A stretch of DNA of 62,964 nucleotides, the filler included, from Reticulomyxa filosa (lineage: Eukaryota; Protista; Foraminifera): the NCBI GenBank assembly GCA_000512085.1. It is 17 parts of 17 records of this genome, joined end to end, with 100 filler letters (N's around TTAATTAATTAA, not from the genome) between each part and the next. Parts side by side here need not be neighbours in the genome. Positions count along the whole stretch, not along the records: positions 1 to 14,039 come from ASPP01019404.1; 16 more parts are not named here. One strand, 5' to 3'. A program made the position numbers and the translations under genes. Of the stretch, positions 1 to 12,749 are shown in pieces (within the stretch, counting starts at the first letter, position 1; each line of letters opens with the position of its first letter). The notes beneath the pieces are model-generated. The model saw only the letters and a list, made by a program, of their open reading frames with translations. It was not told where the DNA came from and made no database searches.

Positions 1-566
1 AATTGGATTTTCAGCAAGATAATGCAACATGCTATAAATCGGAAAAAATTATGAAATAGTTAAACAAAAAAAAAAAGAAAACAATGAATTACTGCAAATT
101 CATCTGATTTAAATTCAATTGAAAATCTTTGGTGGATAGTAAATACAATGATTCACAAAAAAGGACTATTTAATACAACTGAAAAAATTTGGAACCAATT
201 CGAAACAGAATGAGAAAAAATTGAAATAAATTTTTTCGAAACCTTAATAAAGTGATTCTAAAGAAAATACAGTTAGTTAAAAAAGCCAAAGAAAATATAA
301 CATGTCAGTAAGCTTGAATTAAATTTTAAAAACAAATCTTATCATAATCAGGCAACCACAAAAATTTTTTAAAAGAAATGAAAGATTAAATTTTTTTAAA
401 AAATTGTAAATACTTAATAAAAAACCAAAATGATATTTAAAAACTACACGATTTATAGATATTTTTTAAAAAAAAATCTTGATTAAATGTTGTTTTTTCA
501 TGGAGAAACACAATTATTTCTAAAGGTGGTATTTTAGGCTTCAACTTTCTTTTTTATCTTACTGTA
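1..566 (+). mobile_element. Degenerate Tc1/mariner (DD34E-type) transposon, 3' part, with a probable right end ACTG|TA at 561-566
   Basis: Broken translation W-I-F-QQDNATC...NSSDLNSIENLWW...VKKAK matches the Tc1 motifs FQQDNAPCH and SPDLNPIENLW. It has in-frame stops and frameshifts. Tc1 elements typically end in ...ACTG followed by a TA target site. Confidence 0.75.
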
Positions 567-599
567 CATATATGTATATATGTATATATTTGTATTTGC

Positions 600-1165
600 A
601 TTTGTATTTGTTGGTGTTTGAAGTCAATACTCAGCCAATGCCATGGACTAGGCTTGGTAGAATTTGTGGTATGCGCTGCAGTAACCGAGAATGAATTTGT
701 GGATTTGCTCCATGCGACAGATGATATTGTAATTGAAATTCGGTCCAAATGAAAAAAACAAAGAAAATAATTTCGCGTCGATTGACTGAAGTGACCCAAA
801 GTATTATGTGATGGAAAATACATATTTGTTTGCAAACATAGAATGCAAGATATTGAAATTGACAGTTCCCAAAGACTATATCGATGTTGGAAGTGACTGA
901 AGATGAAATTGAGCAATATGAGCAAGTTTCACTCTATGAAAAAGTTGGAGATTTTCAACAAAATGATAATAATAGTAGTAGTCATATTATTGCCAAAGAC
1001 TTTGAGTTAAGATTGTGTATTATCGGACGACCCAATACTGGCAAGTCCTCTTTGATGAATGCCATATTGGGCGAAGATCGCTGCTTGGTCGAAGATATGC
1101 CTGGCATCGCGCGAGAAAGCATCGCCGTCCCAATTGGATACATATTCCACTCCGATTCTTTATGA
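600..1165 (+). pseudogene. Der/EngA double-GTPase fragment (end of GD1, linker, start of GD2)
   Basis: [43 protein letters not shown] matches the EngA GD2 G1/G2 motifs. The upstream CHGLGL resembles ISAEHGLG. The frame is truncated. Confidence 0.7.
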
Positions 1166-3454
1166 TTATTATTTCTTCAACGTTGTCATTGTTTTTGAAA
1201 TCAACACATAGACCATAGTTTGAAAGCCCGCTGCGATCACATTCGAAAATTCATCTGAAGCGTTCATGGTCATTGTCTTATTCTTTCTTTGTATCCAACC
1301 CCAACTTTGTGAATCAGTTTATTCTTACGTAGCTGCCAACAATTTAAAGTCTATCGAGTCTTGGACACTTTTTCTGATTTGCATTTAATAGTTTGCAACA
1401 CTTTGTGGCATTGCCAATATATTCGCTATTTCTTAGTTTGAAGAATTGTCTCGCTCCCTTGGAATCTTTTCATTCGATCATGTCCACAAACACATCAAAT
1501 CAAAATCCAAGTGCATTGGATGAAGCCACCTTTAAAGCCTTGGCAGAACATGAGAGAAGATGCGGTCATTATGCGGTAGTGTCGGATATTATCCAAATTG
1601 CTGTCAACATGGAAGAAGTCAAACGCGTGGCACAGGATGTAATGAAAGGCATAGACCCAAATTATGGTCCGAAATAGCCCACAAACCGTCCAGAGACGAC
1701 CCTTTGGTGAGAGTTTGTATTCTCATTCTCGGAAGAAGTCTCAATACAAGGCCGTAGAAGACGTTGTCTCAGGTTATGTCAAAGACAAATCAGATATTGC
1801 CAGTGTTACAAGACTAATTATGCGCGAACATTTCCGGGGGAATATTGGCGGCATGCCAAGGACAGTGCTGGTGGATTAATAAATACTAACAACAACAATA
1901 ACATCGGAATCAAACCTTCAATCGAAAAAGGGTGATGCCAAAGACACGTTGGTCGAAACGAACGATTTGATTGGAATTGCCGATTTGTAACAACAACAAA
2001 TCGAATATTTGAACAAACAAATTAAACTGTTGACCAAAACGTTGCAACTCAAAGATCAAACGATCGACGAATTGCTGAAACAAAACCAACATTTGGTTGA
2101 AAGCGAAGCTCAGCTTGCTATTAACACACATCATACCATTTAAGAATTGCGTCATATTATTGTGTCCAACAAAACCAAATGTGAGAATCTTGTTTGAGTT
2201 CTTTGGTGTTGTAGACTGGGTAGGAGTTGATATTGATTTGCTTTGTTTTCTTAATTTAATTGGGACCTTAGTTTTGTAAGCAATCTTAAAAAATATAGAG
2301 AAAATTGTAAAAGAAAACGTAAACATCCAAGAAAAAAAAGATTAAATCAATTTCAAGAAAGTAGTGCCTGCGAAAAGACTAGTAATGACAAAAGTGGCAG
2401 CATGTGCGAAAAGGGGCAGCGGGACAGCAGCGGTCAAGAAGTAACTGCAGCCAAGCAGTTGACAACAAGCCAACTACAAAATGGCCCCCAAATCAGCTCG
2501 CACCAATCTGGATCTAATCATTTTTTATCAGATTATTCAATATTTATAGTAGATAATTTTTTGTATAAATGTATTTGAATTTTGCATTACGGAAGTGGTC
2601 TCCTTATTGTTGTCAAAGATCAGTTTGGAGAAATGTACTAACTTCTGGCGGCACTTTTTTTTCATTGTCTGAATTGTTGTGGACTCATTGTGTAACATAG
2701 TGTTATTTTGTTTGTTTGTTTTTAAAGTTTAGCAAAATAAGACAAACTAAAAAAAATTATATATACATTTAATAAATGTATGCGTAATTTTTCTGCCAAT
2801 ATATATACATATGTGCGTATATATAGTTGCGAAAAAAGTGCTAGCACATTGACTTAGTGTCGGCCAAAACTACAATTAGCACAACCATGTTTTATTATGC
2901 CAACAGATACAAAGCAGGCATCAACATTCAAAAGTAGACGAATATTTCGGTTTAAAATAATTTGATACATATTGCTACAACTTGGCAAATACTATTACAT
3001 TTGACTATTATTATATAATTAGATAACAAATTTTATTTGGATTTTGTATATGTTTTGATCCGTATTATTATTGTTATTATAGTCGAAGATATTGTTATTT
3101 TTATTTTATTTATGTTAAGTTATTTTTTATTTACTTATATTATATATTGTCGAATTAAATTTTAGACAAGTTGTAGCAATCCGGATCAATTATTTGTTAT
3201 CCAATTATTAAATGAAGAAGATTAATTTGGAGAACTGTACTATTTGGTGTGCCAATATCGTTGGCAACGAACAGACATTTTGGAAAAGTGTATAAAGTAA
3301 GAAATTCATATTGATATTCAATGGATTAAGCAGCAATTAAGTCAAAGCAAATAGTCAATGTTGAATGTCTAGTCATAGTTGTATCAAGTTTATAAATTCT
3401 GTAAGATATACTGTTTGATTTTTAATTATGTGTGTTTATTTGTTATTTTTTAAA

Positions 3455-4020
3455 AAGAGCTAACTTCGAGGACCAAGTGTGACAATATTGTGTCGGACAA
3501 CTCTTCAATACTGATGATAATGTTACGCGAATGGCAAATCGATTTGAATGAAAAATCCCAACTTTTGGTAAAATCATTTAAAAAAATATAAACGTATATA
3601 TGATAAATACTTTTTTAAAAAAAAAAAGATAGCAATGATCGAACAAGTAGCCAAAGCAATCGACTATGCCGATGTGATATTATTTATTTATTATGCCAAA
3701 GTAGTATTGACAGCCAAGATTTATTTTTGGCCAAATGGCTAAAAAAAAATCGATTATTACAATTCCCAAACCGATCATTCTTCGTCTCGTCATGTCCAAC
3801 CAAAAACTATCACCAATAAGTCTGGTACTGGTATATATATTTTAGTATGTTGCTATCATTTTAACATATATATGTATATATTTATATTTGCATTTGTATT
3901 TGTTGGGGTTTGAAGCAAATATCAGCCAATGCTATGAACTAGCTTGTAAGCAGTTGTGGTGTGAGCAGCGGTAACCGATGATAGATTTGTGGATTTGTTC
4001 CGTGCGTTGGACGATGCATT
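3455..4020 (+). pseudogene. Second Der/EngA fragment (GD1 region); 3865-4016 duplicates 567-725
   Basis: MIEQVAKAIDYADVILFIY resembles EngA GD1. The segment shows direct nucleotide similarity to 567-725 and has several frameshifts. Confidence 0.55.
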
Positions 4021-5435
4021 TAAGCAGCTGCTTTCTTCGTGAGTGTAAAAAAAAACTTTTCGCAAAGAATTTGCTTTTGTTTCCATTGTTATTAGCATTG
4101 CATTTCACAAATTCATTTATATATCATTGATAATTCGTCAAAAAATAAATTGTCTGAACCTGACAAATAACAGCACATTTTCTTGTCATTATTGACAAAA
4201 GTGTTCCTCGTATTATCAGAAGCTATCCCTCATTTATATATTATATTCTGAATGTTTATTGACGTCCACAACTTATTTACTTTTTTGCCCATTTAGAAGT
4301 TATATTACTCTCCTTTTGCAGAAATTTTATGAAATCAGTAGTTAGTTATAAAAGTATTTTCCATAAAGACTTTAAGTTTAGAAGACAAACAAAATCCAAA
4401 TGCAATAGTAAAGGAAAAAACAAGTCCAGGACAATATATACTCCAGCTTGTTCGCAACTAGTCTTCAAACTTTCAAAGATGAAAACTTACTTCTCGCGGA
4501 ACAACTCAAATTCACAGAATGGGCCACCGCTGCCAGTGGTGACTTCATCGTCACGGACAGCCAAGTAGTGTCCTTCGTGTTTTACACTTTCAAATTTGTA
4601 AAATCCATCCTTAATTTTGTGGACTGTTTTTATTTTTTATTTTTTTTGTAAGTTAATGGCCATTTTTTTTTTCTTGTTTTTGTGTCCACACGTATATACT
4701 TTTTTTTTTTAACTACTTACCTTTGAACCAGGTTTGTGGTCCTCCTTTAACACCGGCTGCATCGACTTTGTGATCTTCAGTGATTCGCAACCAGCCCTCA
4801 CCTTTGTCGGATTTGAAGGCAATTTTGTCACCTTCTTTGTTTGCATGCCAGATTGTCAATGGTCCGCCTTTCATTTATTTATTTTCATTCAAATTACTCT
4901 CAACTTTCCTCCCAACTCACTCGCCTTTGTTTTTTCTTACCTTTAACTCCACCATGGTCCACTTTCTTGTGGTTGTCAGGGTGCACACGGATAAATTTTC
5001 CTCCCTTGTGACTGTGGATGACAACAGTGTTGTCTTGAGCAAACAAGTAGTGGTTTTCAAAACTCATAGTTGTTTATTATTTGGTAATCAAAAGTAAACT
5101 AAACAAAAGTCTTTTATGTAAAAGAAAAAGGTTTCAACACCCCTACTACAAGTTCTACGTTCAAGGAAGACTGTTGTGAGTGCGTGTGAAATAAAGAATT
5201 TCTTGGAACATTTTAATAACGAGGACTAGGTAAAGATGAAACAGAAAAATTTTTTACAACTAAAGTACAAATCGCCACTGCCGTGTTTGAATATAACTAA
5301 ACAGATGTATCTGAGTGAAAATGTTTAAGTATCGAAATCTCACACTAACACGACAATGAAACTTACTTAAACATCATTTTTGTAATTGTAGCCTCCTTTT
5401 TAAAAAGGAAAAAGTATTTATTAACGGCTGTTTGG

Positions 5436-6377
5436 TTACGAATTAAGGGCAAGCTGAAAACACTGGTGGAGTCTTTTTGTGTAATGTTGTATTTGCTCTA
5501 ACAGTTCTTGGGTTGCCTCTTTCATCAAAATTTGTTCAATTGCAATTTTATGATTGACACCGCTCACACTTTTGTCTATTTCTTCTTCAATTTTTGTCAA
5601 ATCGTCTTGATGAATTTTTAAATTTGGAATTAATTTTTCAAGAGTAACAGCAGACGCTTTGCTGAGTTGTTGTTCTTCTACAAGCAAACAGTGGTATGTA
5701 TTGTAATTGGATTGAAGTAAGTCTAAAAGTTCTTTGTCCCTTTTCTTGCAGCTTTTGTCGTCTGCAATGTGTCGCATATCAAATTCTTTCAGCATAGCAG
5801 AAATTGTATCCATGTTTTCAACAATTAATTGAGATATGTATTTATCATTTTCATTGGCTTGCTTTGATAATTGGTCAACACGACAGCACAGGTTTTCACA
5901 GGTTTTGGTTAATACATTCAACCTCTCACCAAATGTAACCATTTGTCTTTTTGGCCACTGTTCAATTTTTTGGTTTATGTCTAGTTGAACATTACCACAG
6001 TGGTCACTCCGTTCCTTTGATAGAGAGCAAATAGAAATTGCTATTGCATTTATAATTGTCTTTAGCTCGTGAATTTTTTCTTGCTTCGTGTTATTGTGTT
6101 AAAACAGAACAATAAGTCTTTTTACAATTAAACATCGGTCAAAAGACAGAAAAAATACTTGTTCATGGACTTTTTTATCTCTCTCTTCCACCAAGTGACC
6201 TTGAAGATCTCCAAATCTCGTTGCAAGTATTTGAATTTGTTTTTTTATTGCATTCTTTTGATTGGTGTTCGATAATTCCTTAACTGGAGATATTTGCTTG
6301 TTGTTTTGCTGATTTTGCACAAGACTATCACTAGAAGAATCAACAGACACATTTACTTGGCTTCCTAAGGTTTCCAT
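5436..6377 (-). CDS. Coiled-coil protein, at least 2 exons (intron ~6084-6158); weak SF-assemblin/beta-giardin likeness
   Basis: ORFs 6099-6377 and 5436-5942 join in frame across a GT..AG intron. The C-terminal ELLEQIQHYTKRLHQ resembles the SF-assemblin tail. Confidence 0.5.
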
Positions 6378-6637
6378 TTTTTTTAAATGCTCACTGTTTT
6401 AGGTTTGTCCCGTTTTACAATGAGCACATTTTCGCTCATGCTTGTCTCAGTACTATAACCTTGTTTTGGCTTATAGTGATTGTGTTCTTGTTTAAGACCA
6501 AATTAAGACATTGCGTATCAGCAAGAACTACTTACTTTTTTAAAGTGTTAAAGTTCATGACAAGGTTTTTTTGAGGGTTCTGAAAGGCACATTTTCATCA
6601 TTCACCGCAAACTACATATCGACCAATAATAGTTGGG

Positions 6638-6744
6638 GTGAAGGTTAGAATTAGGGCCTTGTAAGAGACCAAAAGACAAAAGCAATGATGTTACGTAAGT
6701 CCGTTGTTTCCTGGTTCTAACATGACCCTAATTCTAACCTTCAC
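6638..6744. repeat. Perfect 19-bp inverted repeat with imperfect inward extension (hairpin or MITE-like)
   Basis: GTGAAGGTTAGAATTAGGG (6638-6656) and CCCTAATTCTAACCTTCAC (6726-6744). Confidence 0.85.
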
Positions 6745-7190
6745 ATCGCTAAGGTCTGCTTGCATTTTCATTTTCTACGACGAATTCTGAACAAAAAATT
6801 CGCGTTCAATGAAATCTAGTTCAGCAACTGCGTGTTTGTACATTCGTTTCTGTTCCAAGAGGAGAGAAAACACTTTTTGTCACTAAAAAAAATTGTGATC
6901 GACACTTAGGATGGACAATCCGGTGCGATTGTTGTCATTTGTTGGTGACTCACAAAGCCACGTTCTTCAGAGTTAAAAAAATTGTGTTCACCACACCAAG
7001 TTTTTACGATGTTATGGGGCTATCTGTGAGGTAATGTGCGAAAGTGTGCCAGATTGAAACAGTGTTTGTTAGAATAAACTTTAAAAAAAACTCGGCGTCC
7101 CCCTTTTTTTAAAAAAATCGAACTTGACGAAGAACAAAACGAACCCAAAGAATAAAAAACCAATTGCGGACAATAAAAAAATCTCAAAAG

Positions 7191-8851
7191 TCAAGAGTTC
7201 AAATACAACAAGTATGTATAAGCGTGATGAAATCCAGCAAAAGTAGCTCCAGTAAGATGATTTAGGACTCGATAGTCTGGAAAGCGGGAGGGGTTAAAAT
7301 GTAGGACTTTTGGATCGACAATGTATTTTAATTTTTCACAACACTCTTTCAGTTTCCACATTTCAAATTGTTGTCGAGACTCGATCAACATTGTTTTTTC
7401 GTTATTTTTTGTAATGTGTTGAGGGGACTTACTTTTTGCATTTCTCACTTTCCAACGCTTGGTTTTTTCATTTGACTTATCAAATTCGGTTGCATGCAAT
7501 GATACAATTATACATTGTTCATAAGAATACTGTTTGTGCATTTGCCTTACATTCCAACAGCTCTGTAAAAAAGAATGCACAAGCTTCTGGTTCAACAGTC
7601 TGTCGTGTGAATTGATTTCGCATTGCGGCAAATTCCACACGATGGCAGTCTTGCAAGGGCTGTGAGTGCCATCAAATGCGAAATTGAAATCATATGTTTC
7701 CAGTTTTGTAGCATCCACGCCAAAGTGGATATCGTTTCGAACGGCGCACTCTTCAATGCAACGAACTAGCAGTCCGACGTCGGGATACAGCCGAATCATC
7801 GACCATACATTTCCATAACAGGTTCCAACGATATGTTGGCGAGTCTTGCACTTTCATCTGCGGACAGAGCTTTGCATACTGATAGAGTAAATGATAAGTC
7901 TCCATCTTTTTCAGTGCAACAACAAGATCGCCAAACACACGTTCAAAACATGCACAAATGGTTTGTACCAAAAAAAAAAAAAAAAATTATATATATATAT
8001 GCACATGAATAAATATAAATATTTAAATATATACATTAATATATATGTACATATATATATATATATATATGTACATATATATTATGTAAAAGCCACTCAC
8101 CTCCAACAATTAAAATATTGTGAAAACATTTCAAATGATCAATAGTAAAGTCATCTTGTGGAATGGTTGCGGAGTGGCAAGAAAATTTGGGAAGAGTAGG
8201 AGGCATGGTTTTAAAACCGAGTTTGGATATTTTGGTTTTTTGATGTTGATTGGATAGGGCATGAATCAAGTCCAAGATGTCATTGACTAAGTTGGAATAT
8301 TCCGAGTGATGTTCTTGGATTGTTGGAAGGAAATAGCGGTCACTGTTGACGGACGCAAGAAGGTGCTTCAACGACGTGAACATTAATATGATGTCATGTA
8401 CAAACAATGTTTCGATGACTATTCTTTTCAAATGCGATGCCCCTATTCCGATACACTGCTGCAGATTCAATAGCAACTCTCTCAACAATCGACTGCTGCG
8501 TTGTCGGGTTAGGTCGTCTTCGTCGTGACACATTAGAAAACGCAACTTCTTCCATGTGTTTGATTCCAACCACGCGTTGATCGAGTTTGGAAATGGCACG
8601 ATTGGGGGCTGTCTCATGTTTGTTGTGCTCCATTCTAGTATCTCGAATGCCATTGATATTGATGTTATAGTTGCATTTTTTGATTGCAACACGTTTAAAC
8701 TATTTCGCATTGTTTCTATTGTGAACACATTCAATCCGTCTATTTCCATCAATCTCCAAGTAACAAACAAATATGCCTCGGAAATGTAGGCTTCATTTAT
8801 CGCAAATTTCCTCCTATTGCCAAAGATAAAGCCAAAGACAAGGTCTATCAT
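7191..8851 (-). CDS. Uncharacterised protein; TA-rich intron ~7970-8100 and an apparent frameshift near 7800
   Basis: Three consecutive minus-strand ORFs (271, 72 and 202 aa) with a GAG|GTGAGT donor. Confidence 0.5.
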
Positions 8852-9982
8852 TTGAACTCAAGGACACTTTGCTTTTGGATTTTTGACTTAGCTTTTTAAT
8901 TATTACATATATAATTACTACTTATCTAAAATTTATTTATCAACCAAGTTTTGTAAGTACAACTGAAAAGTTTTTAACTGTAAACAATATAATTATATTC
9001 TTCAAAAAAAAGTTCATAAAAAGTGTAATGCATGTGCTGCTTTTTCTGAGCCAGGATGTATACTTAATTTCAAATTTAATTTATGATTTTTGATTTTAAA
9101 ATTTGTTGCATAAGTAAATTGACTTCTTTGATTTATGTGTTATATTTCTTTTTTCATAATAAATCATATACAGAAACAAAACAAATATCAGTAACAATTA
9201 TTTTTTGTGAAATTTTATAACAATAATATTCTTTAAAATTAGTTTGTTTTAAAAAAACATATATTGTTTTACAATAAGATTTTGATTCTTAAATTCTTTT
9301 TTGAAGTTGTTTTTTCAACAAAAAATGTATAAACAATTTCAAAATAAAAATTGTTGATGAAACGATATAGCATAAAATTTGTGATGAATAAACACAAGTA
9401 TGTATTGCAAGTCCATACTACATATTATTGAACTCTGTAAGAGTTCAGTAACACTTTGTTTGTTTTCTTTCTTTTATTGTGTTATTAATCTTTCATTTAC
9501 TTAATTTACTTTATTTTATCGAAAACAGATCTCTTTTTGAGTAAAATTTTTCGTATTACATTTGGTGTAGTCTCTTATCAGCAAACGTCCCAAAATTATG
9601 TCAAATTTCACAAAAGTATATTCAAGCAAAAATATTCTAAATAAAATGCTAGATTTGTAATTTATCTTTGATCAAGTTTGGCGTTATCCTAATAAAATTA
9701 GTATCCAAAATACGTATTACTAGCAACGACACTATTGCGACGTGGAATTTTAATCGTTAAATAGTTCAATTTTTTATTTATGTTTTAGATCTTTCCGTCA
9801 CAAAAATAAAATTCATTACAACAAAAAAGTGTAAGAATTTCAGCAACAATAAGAGTTTTGCTTTTTGTTTCATATATCAAGTTTTTTAGTACATATTTAA
9901 GATAAAACATTAATTGAAGTAAAAAAATTCTAAAGCTTTCACTTTGCCCAAAAAAACTTTTATTTGTTTACTTTTTTGTTTA

Positions 9983-11934
9983 CTATGCATAATGTGATCG
10001 AACTAGTTGTTTATATTGGTGCAGTTGCGAATCGATCTCATGCAATTGCGTTTCCAAATAAACTTTTTTTCGACTGTCTTTGCCAGTCCGAGGATGGCTA
10101 GGCAACTTGAAAAGCTGTCGTTCCAATTCTGACTTTTCTTGCAACAAAATGCTGATTTTATTTTCCATTTCTTGTACCTTCTTTTGCTCAGAGTTGTAAG
10201 ATTTTTCAGTAACTAAAGATGTGTCTTGCAACAGAGCTTTCACTGAATCCAAGGGCTTCCCTCTTGCAATTATGAACATTTTGTCTTGTATATTGGGTTC
10301 ATCTTTTTCTTGCAGTTTCGGTGGTGGCATCGAACCGCTGTGCAATGGGGTGTGCCTTTCATTATTTCCAACTCTTTCACGCTCATTGTGAAGAGGTAGA
10401 ATTTCGACGTTCGACTGTTTTGTTGGTGACTGGCTTTGAGTTCGGATAGACGTTTCGGAGGGAACACTAATTTCTGGAGGACAAAATTGTGCATGACTGA
10501 CAATAGGATTTACTTTTAGACTCAAACCAGTGACTGCTTTTCTTTCTATTTCGCCTTTTAAACGCATAATTTGTCTTGCTAAATGTTGATTTTCATTTGC
10601 ATACTCGACAGACTTGAGTTTGTAATATTCGTAATCTTTGAATAAAGATTGCATATCCAGGTTTAATTCGTTGCATTCATTTTGATACACAAGTAATTGC
10701 TCATTCAAATGTTTAGTCTCTTCTTCATGTTTGGTAATAGAGTTTTGTAGCATAGTCTGAGATTCAAGAAGTTGTTTGTGAATCTGGTGTTGATTGTTTG
10801 TCAATCGTTTCAATTCTTCATTCAATTCATGATTTTCTTTTTTAAATTTTTCATTTAGGCTTGTTAATTCCTTGGTAGTCCGTGTCATTTCATTTACTAA
10901 AGTTTCATTCACTTGCTCTTTTTTTTCACATTCAGCAATCATATTTTTATATTTTTCTAATTGAAATTGTAAATTATTTGTCGTTTCTTTCAAATTTTTT
11001 TCATTTATCGCACTTGTTTCAAAGATTTCTTTATTCATTTCCTTTTCGCTTTGAATTTCTAATTGCAAGCTTCTGATTTGCGTTTTCATTTCGAGGTTTA
11101 TTTTTTCCATTGTCTCGGCTTTCGTTTGAACTTCGTGATACCCTTGCATTTCCAATTTTAAATGTGATATCTCTTCATGTAACATCTCTATTTTTTTTTA
11201 TTTATTTCGTCATTTTCTCTGACAATATTGATTTGGTCTATTTCCTCCATTGATATCAAAGAACTGGAAGAATCCAATAGCGTTGGCTGTAAGCTTCGTT
11301 CTTTTACTTCAATGGATAGTGATTTGGGTGGAGACCAACCAACATCCACAAAGTCTTGCTTTTGTTGCAGACACAAACTTGCACAAGGTGATGTGGAAGA
11401 TATATGACGCAGTTTTAATTCTGTTGTTTCGTTCTTTAATTCGTTGAGTTCAATTGTTTGATTGGAATATTGCTGTTTAATTACTTCCATTTGTTGATAA
11501 AATTCATTTAGTTTTTCTTTCAGCTTCTTGTTGCATTTTATTGCTGAGCTAAACTTTTTTGCTAATTTTTCATATTTTTTTTCGGTGCAAGGATGCAGAT
11601 TACTGAATTCATTTGCTATAGTGTCTGTTAACAAATCGTTTGTCGTACTGCAAATTTTTGTTTCACTTTTTTGTTGTTCATGTATTTCTTCAATATTATT
11701 TATTGTGTCCAACAGTGGGTGCTGATGCTCACTGTTAGTGAGTGAACAAGGGTTTTCTTGAGTAAACTTTGTTGTTGAACACGAGATGCCAGCAGATGGG
11801 GACAATGTTGACTCATTCTGCTTTTCGTCATGCTGTGTTATTTCGAGTTTTTTTTTGGATGGAGATGAAACCAATTCAACTCCATTTCGCTCTTCATTTT
11901 CACCTTTTCTGTTCTCTATGGTTGTAGGGTCCAT
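9983..11934 (-). CDS. ~650-aa coiled-coil protein with an MPHOSPH9/enkurin-like C-terminus; split by a 1-nt shift in a homopolymer near 11190
   Basis: Abutting 248-aa and 400-aa ORFs. C-terminal KISILLQEKSELERQLFKLPSHPRT...LETQLHEIDSQL. Confidence 0.65.
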
Positions 11935-12749
11935 TAGAGTGGCTCAAGTTCTTACAATGTTGTGCACATATGCAAAAGCTTCACCAAATGTTCTACTTTT
12001 GCAAGAGCATTCGATATTCATTCGCAAAACGGTAAAATTTTACTGTTTTTATACAAATCCGAGCTTTTTTTCCTTAGACAGATACGTCACGTCAACTCGG
12101 ACAATTTATGAGTAGCTCAGATTTTCCATGTATGTTGACCCTGTGCACAAGTTGCTTGTAGCTTACTTTACGTGTTCATTTGCTTTTTCTTTTCAATTTT
12201 ACTTTGTGTATTTATACGACTGTGCATGTAGGGTTAATGCTGATATTATGTATTACGGACAAAATTTTAAAAAAATATACATGCCCCAACTTTAACACGC
12301 AAAAGATATAAAAAATTTTTTTGTTTTGTTTGCAGATGTATTAACTGCGGGGTTGTTTTTTTTTTTCCAAACGTAACAAATAAAAGATGGAAAAAAGTTG
12401 TTCGTTTGGTCCGTGTTGGATCCCTTTATTGTCTGATTTCTTTTTTTTTTTGTTGTTGTTGGAAAAAAAGAAATTTCGTGTGAAAAGAAAAACAAGCAGA
12501 AAAGATGATACAGCTGAGGTAAAACAATAATAAAGAATGTGTAAAAGTCCAACAAGTGAAAAGTATGTAGGTGCGTCCATTTGAAGAATGGCGCCAAACA
12601 ACCGTGTGTTTGTAGTTGTATATAGTAGCAATAGTTGTTCTTCTTCTTTCTTTTGTTCCTCTTTTCGCGTGTTGCGCACGAAAGAATATTTTGATACAAA
12701 AGACTTGTGTTGGAAACAAAAGATCGCGATCTACTTATAAAATGGAACA

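Noticed and set aside
11180-11205. Programmed frameshift or readthrough between the 248-aa and 400-aa ORFs
   Set aside because: The shift falls in a 10-nt homopolymer. Similar shifts occur elsewhere (~41550, ~61770), so sequencing error is the simpler explanation.
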